Positions 16,428-23,492 of a stretch of 32,000 nucleotides of DNA are shown here, piece by piece (the stretch's first letter is position 1; every line of letters starts with the position of its first letter). Position numbers and translations under genes: made by a program. The notes beneath the pieces were generated by a model. That model had not been told where the DNA came from and did no database searches. It worked only from the letters and a program-made list of their open reading frames with translations. Location: the NCBI GenBank assembly GCA_028279745.1, contig JANQNC010000001.1, positions 390,001 to 422,000 on the forward strand, in the 5' to 3' direction. The stretch is from Candidatus Nanoarchaeia archaeon (GTDB taxonomy: Archaea; Nanobdellota; Nanobdellia; Woesearchaeales; JANQNC01).

Positions 16428-17284
16428 TTTAGGAAATCGTATTTTCTTTCAGATGTGGGTTTTAAACTTTTGATTTTGTATTTGTTAACTTTTAGTCCTG
16501 TTGCTTTCTTTTGTATCACTTTAGAAAGATTCACCAAATCTAGCGCTATCTGTTTCTCTGATTCAATCATAAAACCTTTGTATGAGTCTGAAAGATAGCC
16601 TATATACTCAACCTCTATCTGCCTTTTTTTTGTTGGCTCTTTTTCTTCTCTAAAAACATCACATATATCTAGAACAACTGTGTAGAATCTTCCTGTTTTT
16701 ATGGATATAAAATCTGTTCTTGCCCTGTTTCTTTGGATTCTGCCTTTAAACTCTGCACCCTCCAAAGTTACTCTCTGTATTTCTTTGAATACATCTTCAT
16801 TTGAACAGCCTCTATTGACCGTTTCTTTTCTTTTTAACATATGTTTTACTTTTTCAACTTCCGCAGTCAGAGACTCTTTATACTTCAAGCGGTTGTAATC
16901 TCTTTTTTTCATTACAGTCAATATATCTTCATCATCTTTTCCATAATAGAAGTTTTCAGAATCTCTTTTTAGTATTGAGTCTTCTTTGATGAATCCTGAT
17001 TTTATGTTGATTTTTTTTATAATTTTCATCAAGTATTCTTCTGGTTCTGGCTCTTGTCCTCTTTCTATCACTTGCAGATCATATTTTGTTTCGTATTCTA
17101 TCCCCTTGAACTCATTCGGAAGCTTTTTAGGCATTATCCTTTCAACAAATCCTGAAGGATCTGAGAACGCTTTGTATGCCTCCAATAGATTATATGCGCA
17201 GGGGTTCTTTATGAAACTTGATAAAGCAGATCTTGTTCTATTCCTTGGCTTGCATCTTGGTTCCCTTTCAAGTAGTCCCGGCAT
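16424..17284 (-). CDS. CYTH-like (triphosphate tunnel metalloenzyme) domain protein
   Basis: 286 aa. GIEYETKYDL gives ExExK at residues 63-67. Basic strands follow (KRKETV, RIQRNRARTDF), then TVVLDICDVF...RQIEVEY near the end, as in CYTH domains. Motif-level call only. Confidence 0.5.
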   Translation of the reverse strand: MPGLLEREPRCKPRNRTRSALSSFIKNPCAYNLLEAYKAFSDPSGFVERIMPKKLPNEFKGIEYETKYDLQVIERGQEPEPEEYLMKIIKKINIKSGFIKEDSILKRDSENFYYGKDDEDILTVMKKRDYNRLKYKESLTAEVEKVKHMLKRKETVNRGCSNEDVFKEIQRVTLEGAEFKGRIQRNRARTDFISIKTGRFYTVVLDICDVFREEKEPTKKRQIEVEYIGYLSDSYKGFMIESEKQIALDLVNLSKVIQKKATGLKVNKYKIKSLKPTSERKYDFLK

Positions 17285-17304
17285 ATTAAAAAGAAATGCG
17301 CAGA

Positions 17305-17312
17305 TTTATATA
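17305..17312. promoter_or_regulatory. shared TATA block (TTTATATA) for the divergent CYTH operon and trmB-like gene
   Basis: It lies 21 nt from the ATG at 17284 (minus strand) and 28 nt from the ATG at 17340 (plus strand). The whole spacer is 55 nt. Confidence 0.4.
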
Positions 17313-17320
17313 TACTTTAA

Positions 17321-17335
17321 GTACTCACTTAGTAC
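17321..17335. promoter_or_regulatory. inverted repeat GTACT-N5-AGTAC at the expected trmB TSS
   Basis: GTACTCACTTAGTAC lies between the TATA box and the trmB-like ATG. Confidence 0.3.
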
Positions 17336-17339
17336 AAAA

Positions 17340-18080
17340 ATGGATAAAAGAGACTTTTTCAGATCACTTGGGTTCTCTGAATATGAGACTGACTCAATTG
17401 TGACATTGATTAAACTAAAAATAGCAACACCAAAAGAGATAAGTATTGACTCGGGTGTGCCTCAAAATAAACTTTACGCAATCCTAAACAAGTTTGAGAG
17501 TTATGGCATATTATCATTAATCCCTTCAGGAACTAAAAGGTACAAATTGATCAATCTAAAAACATTTATTGATGCAAAAGTAAAAGAGAAAGAGAAAAGA
17601 TTGAAGGAAATAAAGAAGAATGCAGCAAACTTAGATGAGACAGACGAAGGAGAGTTTGTGTTTTCTTTGATCAAAGGACAGAAAACTGTAATGAACAAAC
17701 TAGCAGAAAATAACGTGAGGGTCAAAAAAGAAATCCTTGGCGTCCAAAGAAATTGGAAAATCTGGGGCGAAGGAATCAAAGTCATGAAAGACGCAGTGAA
17801 AAGGGGGGTTGACGTCAAGATGATCGGTGTTGTGAATGATAAAACTAAAAAAAGAGCTGAAGAATGGAAAAAAATAGGGTGTAAGGTTCGAGCGTATAAT
17901 AAAAAGTTTGGAGAGTTTCCTTTAAGGTTCACCATATTTGACAACAAAGAAGCAAGGATCACAATAGGCAAACCTGAAATACAAGACCCTAAAGAGTACA
18001 TCACAATCTGGACCAAATCGAAACCTTTGATAAATACTTTGAGATCTCAGTTTATGACAATGTGGGAAAGTAGCAGGTAA
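17340..18080 (+). CDS. TrmB-family transcriptional regulator
   Basis: The tracked ORF (16986..) runs antisense through the CYTH gene. The in-frame ATG at 17340 gives MDKRDFFRSLGFSEYETDSIVTLIKLKIATPKEISIDSGVPQNKLYAILNKFESYGIL (TrmB wHTH), then a coiled coil and a TrmB-type C-terminal domain. Confidence 0.8.
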   Translation: MDKRDFFRSLGFSEYETDSIVTLIKLKIATPKEISIDSGVPQNKLYAILNKFESYGILSLIPSGTKRYKLINLKTFIDAKVKEKEKRLKEIKKNAANLDETDEGEFVFSLIKGQKTVMNKLAENNVRVKKEILGVQRNWKIWGEGIKVMKDAVKRGVDVKMIGVVNDKTKKRAEEWKKIGCKVRAYNKKFGEFPLRFTIFDNKEARITIGKPEIQDPKEYITIWTKSKPLINTLRSQFMTMWESSR

Positions 18081-18137
18081 ATCTTTATAAATATCTTATC
18101 TATATTTCTAGTAAAAGAGGTTCTATAGGCTTGAAAA

Positions 18138-18614
18138 ATGGAAGATATAGTAAATAAAGAATATCAAAAAGTTAAGAAAAGTCCTTTCTTCATCAGAGCT
18201 ATCAAAAAAGCTTATGATTACAGTTCAAAACATATTAACTACAAAATTGGAGCTGCTGCAGGAGTAATTGCGGGCGGAATCGTTTTCTACATCAATAAAG
18301 ATCACAGCAGTTTATCTGCATTAGGCTCTGCAGGAAAACAATTTGCATACAATCTTTTTGTTGGAGGATACAACATGAAGTTGTGTGAGAAACTAGCTAA
18401 AGGTTATTCCAGCAGAAAAGTTTCGGTGGGTTTAGCCACATTTGTGCCTCCAGCCGTTGCTTTTCTTGTAACATACAGCATCCACAAATTTGGAGGAACT
18501 CCTGAAGCATTCAAGTCTTCAATCTGGCAAGTGCCTCTTAATCTATTTACTTCCGCAGCCTTCGGAACATATTTTAGGAGAAAGCATGAGAAGACTTTAG
18601 ACAACTATCTGTAA
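18138..18614 (+). CDS. hypothetical membrane protein (3-4 TM)
   Basis: 158 aa with hydrophobic segments IGAAAGVIAGGIVFYI, VGLATFVPPAVAFLVTY and LNLFTSAAFGTYF. TTTATAAAT sits at 18084-18092. Confidence 0.55.
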   Translation: MEDIVNKEYQKVKKSPFFIRAIKKAYDYSSKHINYKIGAAAGVIAGGIVFYINKDHSSLSALGSAGKQFAYNLFVGGYNMKLCEKLAKGYSSRKVSVGLATFVPPAVAFLVTYSIHKFGGTPEAFKSSIWQVPLNLFTSAAFGTYFRRKHEKTLDNYL

Positions 18615-18619
18615 AAAAA

Positions 18620-18628
18620 TTTATAAAT
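18620..18628 (+). promoter_or_regulatory. TTTATAAAT TATA box
   Basis: It lies 23 nt upstream of the ATG at 18651. Confidence 0.45.
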
Positions 18629-18650
18629 TACTTCAGGTTCTGCATCCTTG

Positions 18651-18983
18651 ATGAAACAAAAAACTCTCAAAATTTTATTCTTACTTGGCCTGTTCTTATT
18701 AGCCAACTTTATCTTACTTCTGATAGATAACCCTTTCTTTGTAACAGTTTCAATAATGGGCATATACTTCTTAGGTCTTGCATTCAACTTCTGGAACAAA
18801 AGAGACAATCTATTTTTTGTAGTTGGTGTTATGGTAGGAACATTTGTAGAACTTTTAGGAACATTTAATGGCAGATGGAGCTACATAGAACAACATTTCT
18901 TCTACATACCAATGTGGCTACCTTTCGCATGGGGATATCTAGTGGCAGTAGTTAGTAAGATGATGCTTACGATGGTTGAGTGA
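18651..18983 (+). CDS. hypothetical small membrane protein (3 TM)
   Basis: The tracked start at 18648 is a TTG, and an ATG follows at 18651. Reads LFLLGLFLLANFILLLI, VSIMGIYFLGLAF, FFVVGVMVGTFVELLG...IPMWLPFAWGYLVAVV. Confidence 0.55.
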   Translation: MKQKTLKILFLLGLFLLANFILLLIDNPFFVTVSIMGIYFLGLAFNFWNKRDNLFFVVGVMVGTFVELLGTFNGRWSYIEQHFFYIPMWLPFAWGYLVAVVSKMMLTMVE

Positions 18984-18987
18984 AAGT

Positions 18988-18996
18988 TTTATAAAT
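18988..18996 (+). promoter_or_regulatory. TTTATAAAT TATA box
   Basis: It lies 22 nt upstream of the ATG at 19018. Confidence 0.45.
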
Positions 18997-19017
18997 CTCT
19001 CTCATTTAGCCTAAATT

Positions 19018-19902
19018 ATGTTAGAATCATTAGTTAAAAAATACTTGTTTGGAAGAAATCCATTAGCACTAAACATTTACTTGACTTACAAATGTAATGA
19101 TGCTTGTTCTAGCTGCAGAGTAAGACAAGATAAAAGTCCTGAGCTTTCCACAGATGAATGGAAAAGCATCATTAAGCAATATTCAAAAAAAGGAGTTAGA
19201 CTTGTTACACTTGAAGGAGGAGAACCAACATTAAGAAAAGACTTACCTGAAATAATAGACTACTGCTCTTCTTTAGATCTGAGAACAATCCTAGTGACAA
19301 ATTGTTCTAATGATCTAGCACCTTATAATCCCACTGTGTTTTGGGCAAGTTTAGATGGAATTAATGGAAATGACGATTCAATAAGAGGTAAAGGACATTT
19401 TGACAGAGTAAGACAGAGAGTTTATGATAATCCTGACAAAAACATAGCTCTTCTTATGACAATAAATAAAAAAAACAAAGAAGACATAATCCCCCTACTC
19501 AATACCTTTGAAAACAACCAAGTCTTATTTAATTTCTATTATGACTTCCAATCTTCTAACGAACTCGCATTAACCAAAGAAGAAAAATTAGAAATTGCAG
19601 ATAAGCTAATATACCTAAAAAAAGAAGGATACAAAGTGTTCAACACAACAAAAGGAATATCAAGAATAGGAAAAGAAAAACCCTGCTACCCCCACCTAAT
19701 AAAAACAATAAATCCTATGGGTAAAGAAGTAGATGGATGCTTCATAGAACTTTTTGAGGATGATTGTAATTGTAATCAGTGTGATTTAGCTTGTTATATT
19801 GAATTGACTACATTTTATGAGCTTGACAAAGAAGCTTTGAGTACATGGAATGCTCATCTGAGTTTAGGATTACCTTTGAGAGAAGGTAGTTTGAGTAGGT
19901 GA
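19018..19902 (+). CDS. radical SAM enzyme with a Cys-rich (SPASM/twitch-like) C-terminal region
   Basis: 294 aa with CNDACSSC (Cx3Cx2C, residues 26-33), GGEPTL and C-terminal CYPH...GCFIELFEDDCNCNQCDLACYIE. Confidence 0.85.
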   Translation: MLESLVKKYLFGRNPLALNIYLTYKCNDACSSCRVRQDKSPELSTDEWKSIIKQYSKKGVRLVTLEGGEPTLRKDLPEIIDYCSSLDLRTILVTNCSNDLAPYNPTVFWASLDGINGNDDSIRGKGHFDRVRQRVYDNPDKNIALLMTINKKNKEDIIPLLNTFENNQVLFNFYYDFQSSNELALTKEEKLEIADKLIYLKKEGYKVFNTTKGISRIGKEKPCYPHLIKTINPMGKEVDGCFIELFEDDCNCNQCDLACYIELTTFYELDKEALSTWNAHLSLGLPLREGSLSR

Positions 19903-19947
19903 AAAGTAGAAATCCTTTTAAATTCGTTTTGTTTCATAGAGCGTAAT

Positions 19948-20952
19948 ATGGAGCTTTACGATCAGATACTCGAAAGGTCTGAAAAAGTAGATAATGATTT
20001 TAGTAATCTGAATGGATCTGAAATCGATTCCATTAAAATTAAATTTAAAGTACCTAACTTTCACCCTAGAAACAAAGAAGTAAAAGAGTATGTTGTTTCT
20101 GCACTGAAAATAGAAGACTTAACTTCACTAGAACTGTACAAAACAACAAAAAACAAAGTTTTTTTGATTGATAAAGTTGTAAGTGAACAAGGGTTTGTTA
20201 AGGAATTCTTAAAAAATAATGAAATAGAACCTTTTATTCTTGAATCTGTTGAAAGTAAGTTAAAGACAAGAAACTTTCTAAAGAAGTTCATTCAAGAGAA
20301 CAATCTTAAAAGTTCTTTAATCGTTGCAATGGGTGGAGGAATACTTCTTAATTCCGCTGCTTTCATAGCAGAACAAACATCTTCTAATCTAATCTCTTTT
20401 CCAACAACAGTGTTGGCTATGGCAGACGGCACAGGAGGCAAAGTAAGAGTAAATACGCTTGCTTTTGGAAGAGCGTATAAACACTACTACAAATCTTATT
20501 ATGAACCTAATGCATTCTGTATTGATGATCGGTTTTTAGATTCTTTGTCAGATCCGCAAATTTCGGTTGGATTGGTAGAAATAATCAAACATGGGCTATT
20601 CCAGTCTCCTAAACTTCATGAGTATATTATGCAATCTGGAAAAGAACTATTCGCTGATAAACAGAAACTTAAGAAAGTGATATATTGGGCAATAGACCTA
20701 AAAAGAGTTTGTTTAGAAATTGATGTAGAAGAAAATGAAAACGGCTCAAGAAAAATACTAAGAGCAGGTCACGATTTCTCAGACAGATTAGAAGAAGATA
20801 TGAAACTGGAAATAACTCACGGATATGCAGTTTCTATAGGGATAATTGAACAATTAGAATATGAAAAGGATGACAAGATGCTTGCAAAAGCGAAAAAGAT
20901 ATTTGACTTGTTTGATATTCCTAAAACTGTTGAAGAGTATGAGAATCTTTGA
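19948..20952 (+). CDS. 3-dehydroquinate synthase family protein (divergent sugar-phosphate-cyclase-like)
   Basis: 334 aa. VESKLKT...IVAMGGGILLNSAAFIAEQ...ISFPTTVLAMADGTGGKVRVN...VEIIKHGLF...LRAGHDFSDRLE...THGYAVSIG matches the DHQS motif order. The usual GHxxGHAxE second His is replaced (GHDFSDRLE). Confidence 0.75.
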   Translation: MELYDQILERSEKVDNDFSNLNGSEIDSIKIKFKVPNFHPRNKEVKEYVVSALKIEDLTSLELYKTTKNKVFLIDKVVSEQGFVKEFLKNNEIEPFILESVESKLKTRNFLKKFIQENNLKSSLIVAMGGGILLNSAAFIAEQTSSNLISFPTTVLAMADGTGGKVRVNTLAFGRAYKHYYKSYYEPNAFCIDDRFLDSLSDPQISVGLVEIIKHGLFQSPKLHEYIMQSGKELFADKQKLKKVIYWAIDLKRVCLEIDVEENENGSRKILRAGHDFSDRLEEDMKLEITHGYAVSIGIIEQLEYEKDDKMLAKAKKIFDLFDIPKTVEEYENL

Positions 20953-20954
20953 AT

Positions 20955-21899
20955 CTAATCAATACTAACTCTAATCTGATGTTCTTCTTGGATTTTAAGA
21001 AGTTCATAGCTTGAAAGAGAGTCTCCAAACATTTCAGCAAACTGTAACAGAATATTATGCACATCTTTGATAGGCATCACTAGTTCAACATGCATATCAT
21101 AAACTCCGATATGATTCATAATAAAAACGCAAGATGGAAGCTGAGTGAAATAGTTAGACACTGCTTGTTTCTTACCGTAATCACTTAAAGAGATAAAAAG
21201 ATGATAATATGCTAAGCCAAGCACGTCATGATTAATTCTTACCTTTAGTTTACTAATCAATTTGTTCTTCATAATTTTCTTAAATCTATAAGATATACTT
21301 TCTGCAGTTAGACCAACTTTCTTTCCTATCTCTGCAAAAGAACTTCTTGAATTCGTTAAGAGAACACTTATGATCTCTTTGTCAGTATCATCAATCTCAA
21401 CTTCCTCGTCCAAAAAATTCAGTTCAGTAGTTATTGGGTCTATCTGCCCATCGTACAAATATTTTTCATTAATATCAACTGCAGAAACAGTTTTCATGAT
21501 CTGCTTATCTTTGAAATGAGTGCCAAACTTGTTTTGTAGTTCTATCATCATCTTGGAAAAAGATGCATCTTCATTTACAACAGAAGTAATTATAAAATCC
21601 CAACTGCCTTCAACAGATGCCATCCACGCAACAGAAGGTTGTGATGTTAAAAAACTGACCAATTCCTCTTTCTTCTTTAGACCAAGACTTTTATTTTTTA
21701 TGAGAACTTTGTAAACTGTTGAACCACTATCAATTCTAGGGATTGCCCAATACTCTGTAATTGTATTGTTCTTTTCTAACTGTTTAATCCTGTACTGCAC
21801 CACTTCTTTGCTAAGTCTTGTCTTTCTTCCTATTGCTGAAAAGGAGGATCTTACGTCGGCATCTAACGCTTGCAGTATTTTTAGGTCTTTTTTGTTCAT
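20955..21899 (-). CDS. tandem (duplicated) Lrp/AsnC-family transcriptional regulator
   Basis: 314 aa with two HTH_AsnC units (DLKILQALDADVRSSFSAIGRKTRLSKEVVQYRIKQLE and DKEIISVLLTNSRSSFAEIGKKVGLTAESISYRFKKIM). Each is followed by a RAM-like region. Confidence 0.8.
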   Translation of the reverse strand: MNKKDLKILQALDADVRSSFSAIGRKTRLSKEVVQYRIKQLEKNNTITEYWAIPRIDSGSTVYKVLIKNKSLGLKKKEELVSFLTSQPSVAWMASVEGSWDFIITSVVNEDASFSKMMIELQNKFGTHFKDKQIMKTVSAVDINEKYLYDGQIDPITTELNFLDEEVEIDDTDKEIISVLLTNSRSSFAEIGKKVGLTAESISYRFKKIMKNKLISKLKVRINHDVLGLAYYHLFISLSDYGKKQAVSNYFTQLPSCVFIMNHIGVYDMHVELVMPIKDVHNILLQFAEMFGDSLSSYELLKIQEEHQIRVSID

Positions 21900-22022
21900 A
21901 TTTTAATCAAATGTCGATTATTATATATAAATATTTTTGTTTTTATTAAAAATTTTCTAGGAAAGTTAATATAACCAAAAAGATATACCATGTTACAGTA
22001 GTAAAAAAGGAGGTATTAAAAA

Positions 22023-22655
22023 ATGAAAACCAACGCAGACTATTGGCAGGATTACGTGCTTAATGACATTCCCGAATCTTATAGATTATTGTTTCAGGAA
22101 GAACAAAAATATCTGGTAAAACACATCAAAAAAGGTTCTAAAGTTCTTGAAGTTGCTTGTGGAGATGGAAGATCCATAAAAGAGATCCTCAGCATAACAA
22201 ATAATATCACAGGCATAGACCACGATGATAACGCAGTATCTGGTGCTAAAAAGAAGTTTCCAAACGTTAAAATCATCAATGCGGATGCTTCAAATATGCC
22301 CTTCCCAGATCAAGAGTTTGATTATGTCACATGCATGATCTCTTTCATGAACTTTGCAGATAAAAAGTATGAAATTCTTAAAGAGAAAAAACGAGTCTTA
22401 AAAGAAGGAGGCAGCATCATACTCAGCATCTTTTCTGAAGATGCATTCGAAGAAAGAATGAAAGTATACAAAGGCTGCGGAGTCAAGATAAAAGAGATAA
22501 AAGGAACAACTGTAGTTTTCGATGAAGACTTAGGAGATAACATTTCTGAACAGTTTTCAAAAGAACAACTAGTAGAGATATTTGATACTGTTGACTTGAG
22601 AATTGTTGACATCAAAAAAACAGGCATTGCTTACTTGTGCAAGTTAGAGAAGTGA
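22023..22655 (+). CDS. class I SAM-dependent methyltransferase
   Basis: 210 aa with VLEVACGDGR (motif I), INADASNMPF and GGSIILS. AAGGAGG lies 8 nt upstream. Confidence 0.85.
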   Translation: MKTNADYWQDYVLNDIPESYRLLFQEEQKYLVKHIKKGSKVLEVACGDGRSIKEILSITNNITGIDHDDNAVSGAKKKFPNVKIINADASNMPFPDQEFDYVTCMISFMNFADKKYEILKEKKRVLKEGGSIILSIFSEDAFEERMKVYKGCGVKIKEIKGTTVVFDEDLGDNISEQFSKEQLVEIFDTVDLRIVDIKKTGIAYLCKLEK

Positions 22656-22696
22656 TTGATTGTGAAAGAGGTATATGAGAAAATATGTTAAGAATG

Positions 22697-22714
22697 AAAA
22701 AACCTCAGTTTTTT
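22697..22714. terminator. A6/T6 hairpin between convergent genes (bidirectional terminator-like)
   Basis: AAAAAAC-CTCA-GTTTTTT lies between the methyltransferase stop (22655) and the ygjV-like stop (22719). Confidence 0.35.
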
Positions 22715-22718
22715 GGTC

Positions 22719-23258
22719 TTATAGTTCACTAATGGAAATATCTTTTTTCTTGCTTTTTCTTATGTAATGTCTGTAATATCCAATGAAATTACTGATTAAG
22801 AATGAACCCTCTACAACAACTCCCATCGGAGAAAAAATAATTAGATTGTATATCATTATTGTAAATGTTCCCACCATCATTAGTTTCCTCATTAGTTTGT
22901 TATCTTTTTGAAAGTTTCCGATGATAAATACAAATAATCCTGCATATACTATCAAATCATATATTTCGGCATATCTGAAAATCAAAACAAGAGTGTTCAA
23001 TATCAAAAATATATACAAGTATTTTTTATTAGTGGTAAAGTAGCATGTAATAAATCTTAAGACTGAAAAGAACACAATAACTCCTGCTACAATTTTATTT
23101 AACAAGAAATAATGTGCGCTAATTAAACTCGCAGATACAATAAGGCACAAAAAAGTATATTCTCTTTTCTTAAATTGAAGACTTAGAAAATCAAAGCCCA
23201 TCGCAATTATCATTATAATTTGCGAAATGATGAATGGAATGGTAAGTTGCATCATACT
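22719..23258 (-). CDS. YgjV-family inner membrane protein
   Basis: The tracked start at 23303 is a GTG. The ATG at 23258 (MMQLTIPFI) lies ~20-25 nt downstream of a minus-strand TTTTTAAAT box. QFKKREYTF and VVEGSFLISNFIGYYRHY parallel E. coli YgjV (…RDERRFKKQL…, MIEGSFLLMNGLNIIRFWR). Confidence 0.7.
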   Translation of the reverse strand, partial: SMMQLTIPFIISQIIMIIAMGFDFLSLQFKKREYTFLCLIVSASLISAHYFLLNKIVAGVIVFFSVLRFITCYFTTNKKYLYIFLILNTLVLIFRYAEIYDLIVYAGLFVFIIGNFQKDNKLMRKLMMVGTFTIMIYNLIIFSPMGVVVEGSFLISNFIGYYRHYIRKSKKKDISISEL

Positions 23259-23492
23259 AAAAAAATAATAAAGAGTATTTAAAAACCTTATCCAAAAACC
23301 CACTTATTTTTTGCTTTTCTAATTTATGATTCTAAAAATCTCTGAATCGTAAAGAAGGATTATTTAGGTTAGCTTGTTTGAGACATACTTCTTCAAAACC
23401 AATACAAAAAAGAAAAAATGGTAAAAGAGATATATGAAAGAGTATGTGATAAATAGAAAAGAATAAAAGTCTTGGAATATTCTGCTGATTGT

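Noticed and set aside
16986-17339. N-terminal 118 codons of the tracked 364-aa ORF
   Set aside because: This part runs antisense through the CYTH-like gene and across the promoter spacer. The TrmB wHTH begins right at the in-frame ATG at 17340, which has a TATA box 28 nt upstream.
19948-20952. DHQS-family protein considered as archaeal glycerol-1-phosphate dehydrogenase (EgsA)
   Set aside because: It carries the DHQS-type D..GGK..VN and E..KHG motifs rather than the G1PDH pattern (PTTASNDG..., SGSEH). This should still be tested by phylogeny.
22662-23456. Pair of similar ~36-nt segments flanking the ygjV-like gene, as possible att-like direct repeats or paralogous micro-peptides. Copy 1 is GTGAAAGAGGTATATGAGAAAATATGT... 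at 22662-22692 and copy 2 is GTAAAAGAGATATATGAAAGAGTATGT... at 23421-23456, encoding VKEVYEKIC and MVKEIYERVCDK.
   Set aside because: Identity is only ~26/36 in A/G-rich sequence. A rough binomial estimate suggests matches of this quality are expected by chance in a window this size. No integrase or other mobile-element gene is nearby.
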